From a virus (lineage: Duplodnaviria > Caudoviricetes): a stretch of 24,261 nt of DNA. Shown here in pieces: positions 6,788 through 15,369 of this stretch. Under the pieces are notes generated by a model. The model searched no databases. It saw only the letters and a list, made by a program, of their open reading frames with translations, and was not told the origin of the DNA. The DNA is taken from positions 1 to 24,261 of IMG/VR virus record IMGVR_UViG_3300044676_000826, one strand, 5' to 3'. The translations under genes were made by a program, and so were the position numbers. Each line of letters begins with the position of its first letter. Position 1 is the first letter of the stretch.

Positions 6788-7156
6788 GTGGCCAACAGAA
6801 ACAGTATCGGACGTGCAGGCGAGTTTCTCGTCGCAGCCGAACTTGAGCAGCGCGGGATACGCTGCCATCGGGTAGATATGGAGGGTGATGACCTTTGGGT
6901 TAAGTCAGCCAACGGTGAGCTTGTCACTTTGCAGGTCAAGACAACCTTCAGGCCACGACCAGATCGCAAACGCCCACTGTACTACTCATTCACACGCGCC
7001 AATGGCGATGCGCAAATATTTGCGTATGTAGCTATGGATATACGTTTGTTTATACTGCGTGGCCCACCAACCGGCAAAACGGTACGCATAAAGCCTGCCG
7101 ATTTTACGCAGCAGGCTATGGATGACAGCATATTAAGATTTCTGGGTGGTTCGTGA
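6788..7156 (+). CDS. PD-(D/E)XK endonuclease-like protein
   Basis: GRAGEFLVAAEL...DDLWV...LQVKT pattern (E-D-QxK). GTG start without a strong SD. Confidence 0.78.
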   Translation: MANRNSIGRAGEFLVAAELEQRGIRCHRVDMEGDDLWVKSANGELVTLQVKTTFRPRPDRKRPLYYSFTRANGDAQIFAYVAMDIRLFILRGPPTGKTVRIKPADFTQQAMDDSILRFLGGS

Positions 7157-7177
7157 GGCCAGCCGAAGCTGACCCCA
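7154..7177 (-). terminator. C(UUCG)G hairpin at the end of the late operon, between convergent genes
   Basis: Minus strand TGGGGTCAGC-TTCG-GCTGGCCTCA with two G:U pairs, 5 nt after the endolysin stop. No clear U-tract. Confidence 0.6.
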
Positions 7178-7182
7178 AATCG

Positions 7183-7647
7183 TCATATCATTAGTTCAAA
7201 GTGAGGGCCATCAATAAATGGCCTTCGACCCTGACCTCTACGCAGATCCACATATTCGTTCATGGCATCTTCCATAGATCGACCTTGGCTCTTCCATGTG
7301 CCAATGCAGTCGATCTGCCATGCAGCCCCCCAGCGTACTTTTATGCCAAGTGAATTAGCTGCCTCTGCCATTGCGTCTGCCAGATCGTCATAAAGGTTTA
7401 GCTCCCATGATCCCCTACCCGAAATATAAGCCATTATATCGACTGCAAGGCCATCCAGATGCTTGCTCTTCATGGTTTGGCTAGCACCCTTAGCAACCAA
7501 TGCTTTCTGCATCTCCAGTGTGCGCACACCCTGCACAACGCCAAAGTCAGTTTTGGTTAGATTGATGGCCATCTTAACAACGGCCACCATGCGGCTGTCT
7601 ACGCCTTCTAGCCGATCAAGGCTACGCTGTGATAATTTGAATGTCAT
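7183..7647 (-). CDS. Endolysin, peptidase M15 family (L-Ala-D-Glu peptidase-like)
   Basis: LSQRS...GVRT..Q, SKHLDGLAVD, WG and DGPHFEL zinc-peptidase motifs. Confidence 0.92.
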   Translation of the reverse strand: MTFKLSQRSLDRLEGVDSRMVAVVKMAINLTKTDFGVVQGVRTLEMQKALVAKGASQTMKSKHLDGLAVDIMAYISGRGSWELNLYDDLADAMAEAANSLGIKVRWGAAWQIDCIGTWKSQGRSMEDAMNEYVDLRRGQGRRPFIDGPHFELMI

Positions 7648-8033
7648 TTGTTCCCCCTAAAGAACTTTGTTGCAGAGCGAACTCCGAAGCTAGCAGCGAC
7701 TATAACGCCTAAAGTGTACTGATACCAGTCTGGCATGGCTTCCAGCGCTACAAACCCCTCTGCAACGGCTGTGCGCCCCCATTCACCGCAGAAGGAAAGC
7801 ACCAGTGGCACAGAAAACAAAGCCACAAGCCATTCATCTTTAAAGCTGTTCTGCGAGCCTTCAGCCATGATGCGCTCCCAATCGGCAACGCTGGTCTTTT
7901 CAGACAGCATGATTTTAGCTTTGGCCTCTGCCTCAGTCAGCTTTAGTTTGGCCGCTGCTGCATTTTTATCAGCCTTGCCTTGCAGCCATGATCCAGCAAG
8001 GTTTGCTATTGGCCCTATAAATGCTTGTATCAT
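7644..8033 (-). CDS. Holin-like membrane protein
   Basis: Amphipathic N-terminus, KDEW followed by two hydrophobic helices, basic C-terminus; directly upstream of the endolysin. Confidence 0.65.
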   Translation of the reverse strand: MIQAFIGPIANLAGSWLQGKADKNAAAAKLKLTEAEAKAKIMLSEKTSVADWERIMAEGSQNSFKDEWLVALFSVPLVLSFCGEWGRTAVAEGFVALEAMPDWYQYTLGVIVAASFGVRSATKFFRGNK

Positions 8034-8230
8034 TTCTCAGACCCCAACCACACAGCAAATGCGCCAGTCATAGCGCCACTAACAACACTAATTAGCGCAC
8101 TCTGCTGCGTACTAAGATCAGGCTGTTGAAGCGCCCATTCTATGCAGCGTATATACATCACCGTCATTACCAGCATCATCAGACGCGGCATAAGCTTGTA
8201 TTTCAGGATCTTCTCAAAGGTATTTGACAT
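8030..8230 (-). CDS. Small two-TM membrane protein (possible holin/antiholin)
   Basis: 66 aa with two hydrophobic segments; GAGGT SD; lysis region. Confidence 0.65.
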   Translation of the reverse strand: MSNTFEKILKYKLMPRLMMLVMTVMYIRCIEWALQQPDLSTQQSALISVVSGAMTGAFAVWLGSEK

Positions 8231-8231
8231 G

Positions 8232-8486
8232 TTAAACCTCTATGTTGATGTTTGTGCCTTGCGGCCTGTCAGCAGTGGTCTTGGTGCCAAACCTATCATA
8301 AGCTTTTCCTAAGTCCAACTTTTGCTCTCTCAGCGCGTCCAGATGCGCGTGGTTAGCCCTATGCTCCTTGGCTACCCTCTGCTCTGCCAGATGCGCTTCT
8401 ATGCGCTCACGCGACTGCGTCTGCTGGTGTATGTCCGATTGCACGTTAAACGGAGCAGATCCTATCCCGCTTACACCGTCAGCCAT
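8232..8486 (-). CDS. Hypothetical protein, 84 aa
   Basis: Abuts neighbours on both sides; GGTGG SD-like sequence. Confidence 0.7.
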   Translation of the reverse strand: MADGVSGIGSAPFNVQSDIHQQTQSRERIEAHLAEQRVAKEHRANHAHLDALREQKLDLGKAYDRFGTKTTADRPQGTNINIEV

Positions 8487-8969
8487 TTACCACCACCCCG
8501 CGCCAAGCCCAGTCAACCATGTGCCGCCTACTATAATCGCCGCTAACATCACAAGCAGTAATATCAGCAGTAGCATTTCAAAGAATGCCGCTTTGCGCTC
8601 TTGCTGGCGGTACAACGTTTCTTCGCGCTCTTTCTTAATCTTGCGCCGTAGCTCCACCATCTCACGCCAAGTGCCATAGCCAAATCTATTATTTAGCAAC
8701 TGCTGTAAGTCTTTTTCCTGCTCAGCCAGCTTCTTCTGGTGGATTATGATTTGAAGCGCCTCTTGCTCCACAGACCCTGATGAAAAAAGCTTAGTGAAAA
8801 TTGGCGGGTTTTTACGCTGCTGCTCTGCGCGACCCAGATCCGCTGCCGCGCCATACCACTTGCCTAGCTGACCAGCCACGTCCTCTAGCTCACGCCCAGC
8901 GTAAACTAGCTTTTTGACCATGTTATAGGCTTGTGTGGCCCCAGCAATGGCTGTGATCGGATCTATCAT
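8487..8969 (-). CDS. Coiled-coil protein with C-terminal membrane anchor
   Basis: Start MIDPITAIAGA at 8969 (TGATG overlap); helical core; C-terminal hydrophobic helix. Confidence 0.75.
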   Translation of the reverse strand: MIDPITAIAGATQAYNMVKKLVYAGRELEDVAGQLGKWYGAAADLGRAEQQRKNPPIFTKLFSSGSVEQEALQIIIHQKKLAEQEKDLQQLLNNRFGYGTWREMVELRRKIKKEREETLYRQQERKAAFFEMLLLILLLVMLAAIIVGGTWLTGLGAGWW

Positions 8970-9142
8970 CAGGCACCTTTGCCCACCTTTGCGACTGGAG
9001 GGCATTTAAAGTTATACGGTATTCTTATAACATATGGGTAGTGATAATAAAATCCGCTTGGGCATCTATAGATACAAGCGTTGTACAGAACATGACCTTC
9101 TACTATAACGCCAACCGCTATACCGGCCAGCGCACAGATCAT
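8969..9142 (-). CDS. Small Cys/Tyr-rich protein, 57 aa (not in ORF track)
   Basis: MICALAGIAVGVIVEGHVLYNACIYRCPSGFYYHYPYVIRIPYNFKCPPVAKVGKGA*. Fills the gap exactly, with ATGA and TGATG overlaps. Confidence 0.75.
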   Translation of the reverse strand: MICALAGIAVGVIVEGHVLYNACIYRCPSGFYYHYPYVIRIPYNFKCPPVAKVGKGA

Positions 9143-9372
9143 CTTTCCATCAGCCTATCTATTTTTTCTTCTATGCGATCAAATCGCGCCACGATTTGGC
9201 TCATTACAGCAGAGCTATCCGTTTTCGTGACATATTCCCGCGCCATTTCTTCGCGGGTTTTGTTTAGCAATATGCTAATGCGCTGAACTTCAGCATACGC
9301 ACTGCGAAGCAGCCATCCCATTAAGCCTAAACCAGCAGTTAGGGCAATGCTCCACAGTGCGTCCATTTCCAT
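9139..9372 (-). CDS. Single-TM plus coiled-coil protein
   Basis: N-terminal hydrophobic helix followed by RFDRIEEKIDRL heptads; TAATG overlap. Confidence 0.75.
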   Translation of the reverse strand: MEMDALWSIALTAGLGLMGWLLRSAYAEVQRISILLNKTREEMAREYVTKTDSSAVMSQIVARFDRIEEKIDRLMER

Positions 9373-9575
9373 TAGTCCATGCTCTCCAAATGCATTTTTA
9401 GATCCGCAAAGAAAGCGTCACGCCCTCTTTGTATTTCTATCACGTTTAGTTTAGCAGCATTTAGCTTTTGATCCAATCGACTAATGTGATTTATGCAAGC
9501 CTTTGCTTCATCGCTCAGTTGATCTTCAGTGTATTCCACATCGTCAATCGTAATGACCTTTTTTTCTTCAGTCAC
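9372..9575 (-). CDS. Hypothetical protein, 67 aa
   Basis: AAGGAG SD with GTG start. Confidence 0.75.
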   Translation of the reverse strand: MTEEKKVITIDDVEYTEDQLSDEAKACINHISRLDQKLNAAKLNVIEIQRGRDAFFADLKMHLESMD

Positions 9576-9593
9576 GTTGATCTCCTTTCTAGG

Positions 9594-9905
9594 TTATGCT
9601 GCCCAAGGCACTCCCGCCTCAGTAGTTGGATTAGCTATTGCATCAATTTTACTAGCAATAGCAGCTTCTGTATCAGCTTGTGATACATGACCCCAGACCC
9701 AGCCTTGAGCTTGAGCCTCAGTAATATCGGCATACGGCGTGAAGTCAGCAGCAGAGGCATCATACTCTAGGCCACAAGTGCCATAGCTAGATGCTGAGTT
9801 GCCATCGTCATCAACGCCTTGGCAGCGCCAATGTGCAATGTAAACGCCACCATCTGATGTGTGACGCTCAAGGGTTGGAATTGTCCAAGTGTAAGTTATT
9901 GCCAT
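9594..9905 (-). CDS. Hypothetical protein, possibly fibre-associated
   Basis: AAGGAG SD; follows the fibre gene; ends VPW like many post-fibre proteins. Confidence 0.7.
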   Translation of the reverse strand: MAITYTWTIPTLERHTSDGGVYIAHWRCQGVDDDGNSASSYGTCGLEYDASAADFTPYADITEAQAQGWVWGHVSQADTEAAIASKIDAIANPTTEAGVPWAA

Positions 9906-9917
9906 AATGTTTCTCCT

Positions 9918-11729
9918 TTAGGCGTTTTCTAAGGCAGTAATTCGTGCTTCTAGTGCAGTAATAGTTGCTTGCTGTTCTTGGATTGCTTTAATAAGAACTG
10001 GAATAAGCTCAGTGTAACGAACACTCATGTATTCCGTGTCATCGTCATTAAGCATTGTTGTATCAACAACTTCGTCAAGCACCCCTTCTAAGTCTTGAGC
10101 AATAACACCAAGTTTCTTTTTAGCATCAGGCGCATCAACATTATTAAGCCTATATTTAACTGTTCTTATTCCACTTAAAGTTTCAACAGCGTTCTCAATA
10201 TTTTCAACATCGTACTTTAAACGCTCATCAGAAAAAGTCCCCCATGAAGTTGAGCCATTAGTTAAGGCAACACCTGCGGTTTCAGCACCAGAATAAATCC
10301 TAACCTGTCTGATACTTGAGTTTTGCCCAATATAGTAAGCAGTAGCATCTAACCAATGGAAACCAGAATATCCTAATCCTTCTATTTTAAAGTGAGGATC
10401 ACCTTCAGTTAGGTTACTAGATTCTTTTATATGTAGTCTTGCACTAGGCGAACTCGTCCCAATCCCAACATTACCGCTGCTGTCGATAGAGACAACCTGA
10501 GTGCCACTAAATGCGCTTGAGGCGTTGTCTGCGGATACCCAAACCCCAAGATTACCTGCAAGAGCAGACTCCGCTTTTACACCCCAAACCCGTCTGCTTG
10601 CAGTGTCTGTGCTAGTTCCAAGCTGGATGCCCCCAATGTTTTCAGTGCTTGTGCCTGCATTGATACCCCCAAAAAGAGCCGTGTCACCAACTCCCCCAAC
10701 TACATGCAATGCTTTATCAGGCGAAGTCGTACCAATGCCCAAACTCTCAGCACTCGCATCCCAGAAGAACGATTGGCTGCTACCCAGTGAATCGTAGAAG
10801 CTTATGTCGCCGTTGTTGGCTACCCTTAAGGTAGAAGCCCCTGACCCATTTTGAGTGAGTAAGGAGTATTTTAAAGAATTAGACCCACCACCCTTTACAA
10901 AAAGACCGTTGCCACTTATCGTGTCAGTATTAATAAATTGGCCAACAGCGATGTTTGGCAGTGAACCGCTTACAGTCAGCCCATCGCTGGTCAAAGTACC
11001 CGTGATGTCTACGCCTGTGTCGGTGGTGGCGAGTTTGGATGCGTTGTCGTAGTAAAGATCAACAGCACCTCCTGTTATGCCTCTGAAATACTTAGCATTT
11101 GCTGTTGATCTAAGTTGTAGGTCAGTAGCATCTATATACAGTGAACCTGTACCATTGCGTTCTTCAATATAACTATCTGTACCATCATGATATATCCAGA
11201 GGTCAGACCCTGCGCCGAAGATGGCTTTACCATTATCAGCAAAGGTGGCGTTGCCTGTTACGCTGATGCCTGTGCTGGTGGTGGCGAGCTTGGCTGAGCC
11301 TGCATGATACAGATCCACAGGCCCATCAACTTGAAACGTAGCCATATTAGTTAAATCATCTTTTGCTAGAAAAATGTAATTTCCATCAGTAGTTATGAAA
11401 AAATTACCGTTTCCCTGATCTCTGATAAATGAATTGGGATTGTTATGATATATGAGCAAATCACTATCATCTCCCAGCACAATCCTATCATCTGAAACGC
11501 CAGAGCTATCTCCAAGCGTAATATTTGCGCCAGACATGCTTAGATCACCCGTCATGGTGTCGCCAGTGATCCTGACAAAGCCAGTGGCCGTATCTAAGGC
11601 GTTCTTGAACTCATCTATCGTAATGCTTTTAGTCAGAGCAGCAGAGGTATCAACAATTACTAGCTGATCGTCTGTCGCTACATTAGCACCTGTGAGTGCC
11701 GTTAATTCACTTATCTTTTTATCAGCCAT
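9918..11729 (-). CDS. Long tail fibre with C-terminal intramolecular chaperone (peptidase S74-like)
   Basis: KKISEL N-terminus; repeated SDLxIYH, KLATTxTG and GIGTxSP modules; SDERLK...GVIAQ...LIKAIQEQQ..I..LE chaperone signature. Confidence 0.88.
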   Translation of the reverse strand: MADKKISELTALTGANVATDDQLVIVDTSAALTKSITIDEFKNALDTATGFVRITGDTMTGDLSMSGANITLGDSSGVSDDRIVLGDDSDLLIYHNNPNSFIRDQGNGNFFITTDGNYIFLAKDDLTNMATFQVDGPVDLYHAGSAKLATTSTGISVTGNATFADNGKAIFGAGSDLWIYHDGTDSYIEERNGTGSLYIDATDLQLRSTANAKYFRGITGGAVDLYYDNASKLATTDTGVDITGTLTSDGLTVSGSLPNIAVGQFINTDTISGNGLFVKGGGSNSLKYSLLTQNGSGASTLRVANNGDISFYDSLGSSQSFFWDASAESLGIGTTSPDKALHVVGGVGDTALFGGINAGTSTENIGGIQLGTSTDTASRRVWGVKAESALAGNLGVWVSADNASSAFSGTQVVSIDSSGNVGIGTSSPSARLHIKESSNLTEGDPHFKIEGLGYSGFHWLDATAYYIGQNSSIRQVRIYSGAETAGVALTNGSTSWGTFSDERLKYDVENIENAVETLSGIRTVKYRLNNVDAPDAKKKLGVIAQDLEGVLDEVVDTTMLNDDDTEYMSVRYTELIPVLIKAIQEQQATITALEARITALENA

Positions 11730-11732
11730 TTT

Positions 11733-12395
11733 CTACCTCAATTCTGCCCAATAGCCTACAGTTCCAGAACCATTGACTTTGTAATAATGATTATTCGGGA
11801 TGATCGCAGATACACCGTTCAAGGTTGTGCCAACGCTAATATATGTAGAATTATCGCTAGACACTTGCAGAACAACATCTGCGTTTGTATCGACGTTTAC
11901 CTGAATAGGCTTTCCAGTTGTGTTTTGATAAACTGTGCTGACAGCGCGGCTGCTGCTTACATCTTGCCACGTTTGACTGTTTCCTATTCCAGTCGTTGCA
12001 ACAAGTGTATCAACAGCAGTTTTAAAATTAGCGGGTGAAATTAACTGCCCCAAAGGGCTGGTCCCATTAGTCAATGAAGCCGAAGAGGCAACACTTAAAT
12101 TTCCATGAAGCGTTATACCTGTTGAAGCATTGCCAGAAATAATGCTTGTCGTGTTATAAATCTCGAAATCACTACTGGCTTGATCTATATAGCCTAAAGG
12201 AATGTCAGATGAGTTAGCCTCATTTCTGAGATAAAGCACATTCTTGCTTGTATCGTACCAAAGCTGATTAGCATAAGGCGTAGTCGGCGCAGATGTTCCT
12301 GAGCTTGTGCTGGCTAATGCTTGCAGCGCGTTGTTTAAATCTGCCCTTAAATCAGCCGCCGCTTGGTTGGCTATATCCATATCATGCTGTGACAT
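11733..12395 (-). CDS. Short tail fibre / virion structural protein
   Basis: SQHD..IANQ..RADLNNAL N-terminus with a P...QLWYDT motif. C-terminal QTWQDV..RA..YQNTTGKPIQV domain resembles fibre-tip domains. Confidence 0.7.
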   Translation of the reverse strand: MSQHDMDIANQAAADLRADLNNALQALASTSSGTSAPTTPYANQLWYDTSKNVLYLRNEANSSDIPLGYIDQASSDFEIYNTTSIISGNASTGITLHGNLSVASSASLTNGTSPLGQLISPANFKTAVDTLVATTGIGNSQTWQDVSSSRAVSTVYQNTTGKPIQVNVDTNADVVLQVSSDNSTYISVGTTLNGVSAIIPNNHYYKVNGSGTVGYWAELR

Positions 12396-13261
12396 CAGGT
12401 ATTATACTCCACATATGCTGTTAATGCGCTGACCTCTGCGCTGAAGCCTTGCGATGTTGAATTGAAATATACACGAAATCTAAAGGCTCGCCCAGAGAAT
12501 TGCCCAGCACGAAAAAAATTGTAACTCGACCATGTAGGTGATCCCGCTGGATCATCATCCGTTGTTGATATTTGAAAGACCAAATTAGTGTCGTTGTGAT
12601 TTGTTTTGTTGTGGACAAAATCAAAGCCAGTGTTCGTATATGTTTGAGAATTGTAGTCAGAGCTATAAACAATCCCTGTCGGCAGATCGTCAAACAGATT
12701 TGGCAAAGCATCAAAAAGACCGTTTGTAAGATCTTTGCGCACAGTCGTTGCATCAATGCGAATATTTGCCAACCTCACTGTGCTGTCATGCGTTTCAATA
12801 TAATTGCTGAAATCATATCGATTTAAGTTTTGAGCAGTGCCGCCACCCGTTGCATAAATCTTATTGCTCGCTACAGTCAGCCCGATTTTACTACCCGTAA
12901 AACTAGGTGCTTCCGCTTGCGTCAGGCTTTGGCTGTACGAATTAACATTAGCGGCTGGAACCACAGCAATAGAATAATCAGCGCTAGGCTTACCCGCTTT
13001 TGTATATGCTTTAATCATATATGAGCCGGATCTAGCTGGCACAGAGATAGAATTAGCTGGTCTACTAACCTTAGCGACTACTGTAGTAGCATCACTCCAA
13101 ATCGCGTTGGAAGTCGCCACAGAATGCCTGATCTGATAATAGCTCAGATTTGGGCTTGCAACTGGCTTCCATTCCAGTTGTGTTGTGTTGCCATTAACTT
13201 CAGCGCTGAAATCCTCAACATCCAATGGCAGTTTTCGTGCTGGTGCGATTTTTATAGTCAT
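12395..13261 (-). CDS. Tail tip protein J-like, C-terminal part (FN3-like domains)
   Basis: PLDVEDFSAEV...LEWKPV..LSYYQIR FN3 pattern; C-terminal WSSY..F..GQFSGRAFRFRV. The ATG at 13261 overlaps the upstream TGA. Confidence 0.75.
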   Translation of the reverse strand: MTIKIAPARKLPLDVEDFSAEVNGNTTQLEWKPVASPNLSYYQIRHSVATSNAIWSDATTVVAKVSRPANSISVPARSGSYMIKAYTKAGKPSADYSIAVVPAANVNSYSQSLTQAEAPSFTGSKIGLTVASNKIYATGGGTAQNLNRYDFSNYIETHDSTVRLANIRIDATTVRKDLTNGLFDALPNLFDDLPTGIVYSSDYNSQTYTNTGFDFVHNKTNHNDTNLVFQISTTDDDPAGSPTWSSYNFFRAGQFSGRAFRFRVYFNSTSQGFSAEVSALTAYVEYNT

Positions 13262-15369
13262 CTCTCTACCCACGGCCCCTTTGTTCCATGTGCATTGATA
13301 CCCCTAGCTCTGACAGTGTAATCGCCTTCCTCAATGTCCTTAAATTCAAACAATCCAAGATCACCTTTGTTGACCACGACAAATTCCTCTTGGTAAGGCT
13401 GAACCGTTACATAAGAGCCATATTTTACTGGATCATTGACCATCGTGGGAACAAACGTATTATCGATATAATTATCTTGAGCAGTCGTGTTTTCCAGACC
13501 GACTTGTCGGCGCAATAAGCAAATCACATCATCAATGGATATGTTTTGCGTTCCCAAGTCTGCAATGTTTCCAAAATATTGATTACTTGGATCTGTTTGG
13601 AATAAAAACAGTTCACTTGTAGTGGCGGTGCCTACGATAATACGCAAAAAGCTTATCACAATTCCCATAAAGTTTACATCGGCATCGCCTTTGGTTGTTC
13701 TAATAAGCTCAACCTCAACGCTATCAATTTGCTCTGGATGGGTGGATGAAACTGTCACAAATAAAGTGCTGGTGATTTTCTCGTTATAGACCACTTCAGA
13801 AACAGTGTGAGACAGGCCAACAGCGGGAACAGAAAAGGCTGGCGTTAATGTTGTATTATTGCTTTCAAAAGCAGTCTCATCGGCGTCCCAATTAAATATG
13901 CCAGAGCTTATTTCTTGCAGTGACATGCTGACTTGCAGCGTCATGTCAGAGGCCAGCCCAAACGTCCACTCAGTTACCTCAAACACCTTAGCATCAAAGC
14001 CCAGCCTATCGTAAGTAATCGTGACTAAATCTCCCACAGTTAAATTAAGCGCCCTCATGCCAAATGATCCGCTTATTTTTAGCTGCTCTCTGTTTCTATA
14101 TAGAGCAATTTTAGCTATGCGCTGCGCCGTTGCATTGGATGTGACAAACGGCAAATCCATTTCTAGCGTGTTTTCCTGCCCGCCATCTACGTTTAAAAAC
14201 GTTGGGCTGGTAATGCTAGGAAAGTTTGTCTGCTGCCAGTTTGTTTCTGGGCTGCGAAATAATCCAATAACTTTATTAAAACCATCTTTGCGGCTGTTTC
14301 GCGTCGAAATAGATAGCCCAGAGCGAAAATCATCCTCATTAAGAGCTAAGACTGGAGCCGTGTATTTTGCCGCTTTACAGCCCCATTTCCCTTGGCTGTA
14401 CCAAACCATGCCGCCCATCGTATCAACGATTGTGCCAATGATTTTTGCAGGGTCTACATCAGTCGTAAAGCTGCCATTGCAAGTGTATTTCTTTTCAGTC
14501 GTGCCATCCGTTAAGGTTTCATCTTCATCGCAGATATTTGCAGCCGCAGAAAATAGTGTTTCGTTGATTTCACTAGCATCAGCTATGCCACTGCTTATTA
14601 AATAATCACGCAGCACAAGCGCAGAGTTATTGCTGTATGCCGTTGTCTGCGTTCTAGGATCATATAGCTTTTTACCTTTTACAACTGCTGTAATCGTTGG
14701 TGCGCCATTTGGATATGCGTCTGCGCTGAATAAAAAGGTGCAGTGAAGATATGCAACGCCTGATGCAGTGTGACTTGCGTCCCAAACTTCGCTACCATCA
14801 ATCGGGCTGTAAGATTGATCTGCTGTGCCTAGCTTTTCTTGGATTTGGGCAATATACGCTACTGCGTATTCATCTGACGTAAAAATATCAATTTCATTAC
14901 CAGCAATGTCAGTTGCACCACTCACACGACCGTCATCGGCCAATGTAAGCTTGTATTCGTCAAGGTATACTTCTTCAAAGCTCTCTATCTCATGGTCTGC
15001 AAACGCAATCATTCTGTGCAGGTAATCATTTTCGATTGTAGTCTCTTGATAGAATATTGCGCCACCAATTTTAGTTTCACCGTAGACTTGAGCCGTTGGC
15101 AGGGCAGAGCCAAGTTGATTAATGTCATATGACCTGACTTGATTTCGGAAGTCGGGTAAGCTCGTGTTTCCTGCAAGTGCGCTGTAGGCGTAACCAGCGG
15201 CAAGACTAATTGCAGAAACTTGTGCAACCGCTAAAGCGCCAGCAGCAGAAAACGTGCTTAACCCCCCAGCCACGCCAGTAAATGCTGCCGTGCCGCCTGT
15301 TGCGACAAGAGCCGCGCCGGTTATAACAGCGCCGAAAAACCTGTTTCTATCTTCTTCCTCAATGCTCAT
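13258..15369 (-). CDS. Tail tip / central fibre protein J-like, N-terminal part
   Basis: VYGETKIGG, GVAYL, VKGKKLYDPR, NSALVLRDYL and LTVGDLVTI motifs; ends inside an FN3-like domain. Confidence 0.85.
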   Translation of the reverse strand: MSIEEEDRNRFFGAVITGAALVATGGTAAFTGVAGGLSTFSAAGALAVAQVSAISLAAGYAYSALAGNTSLPDFRNQVRSYDINQLGSALPTAQVYGETKIGGAIFYQETTIENDYLHRMIAFADHEIESFEEVYLDEYKLTLADDGRVSGATDIAGNEIDIFTSDEYAVAYIAQIQEKLGTADQSYSPIDGSEVWDASHTASGVAYLHCTFLFSADAYPNGAPTITAVVKGKKLYDPRTQTTAYSNNSALVLRDYLISSGIADASEINETLFSAAANICDEDETLTDGTTEKKYTCNGSFTTDVDPAKIIGTIVDTMGGMVWYSQGKWGCKAAKYTAPVLALNEDDFRSGLSISTRNSRKDGFNKVIGLFRSPETNWQQTNFPSITSPTFLNVDGGQENTLEMDLPFVTSNATAQRIAKIALYRNREQLKISGSFGMRALNLTVGDLVTITYDRLGFDAKVFEVTEWTFGLASDMTLQVSMSLQEISSGIFNWDADETAFESNNTTLTPAFSVPAVGLSHTVSEVVYNEKITSTLFVTVSSTHPEQIDSVEVELIRTTKGDADVNFMGIVISFLRIIVGTATTSELFLFQTDPSNQYFGNIADLGTQNISIDDVICLLRRQVGLENTTAQDNYIDNTFVPTMVNDPVKYGSYVTVQPYQEEFVVVNKGDLGLFEFKDIEEGDYTVRARGINAHGTKGPWVER

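Noticed and set aside
6648-6875. 75-aa plus-strand ORF bridging the wHTH gene and the nuclease
   Set aside because: It overlaps two better ORFs and the hairpin, has a TTG start and shows no recognisable motif.
9918-12395. Diversity-generating retroelement or invertase shufflon acting on the fibres
   Set aside because: No reverse transcriptase or recombinase, and no long near-identical template/variable repeat pair or inverted crossover sites seen.
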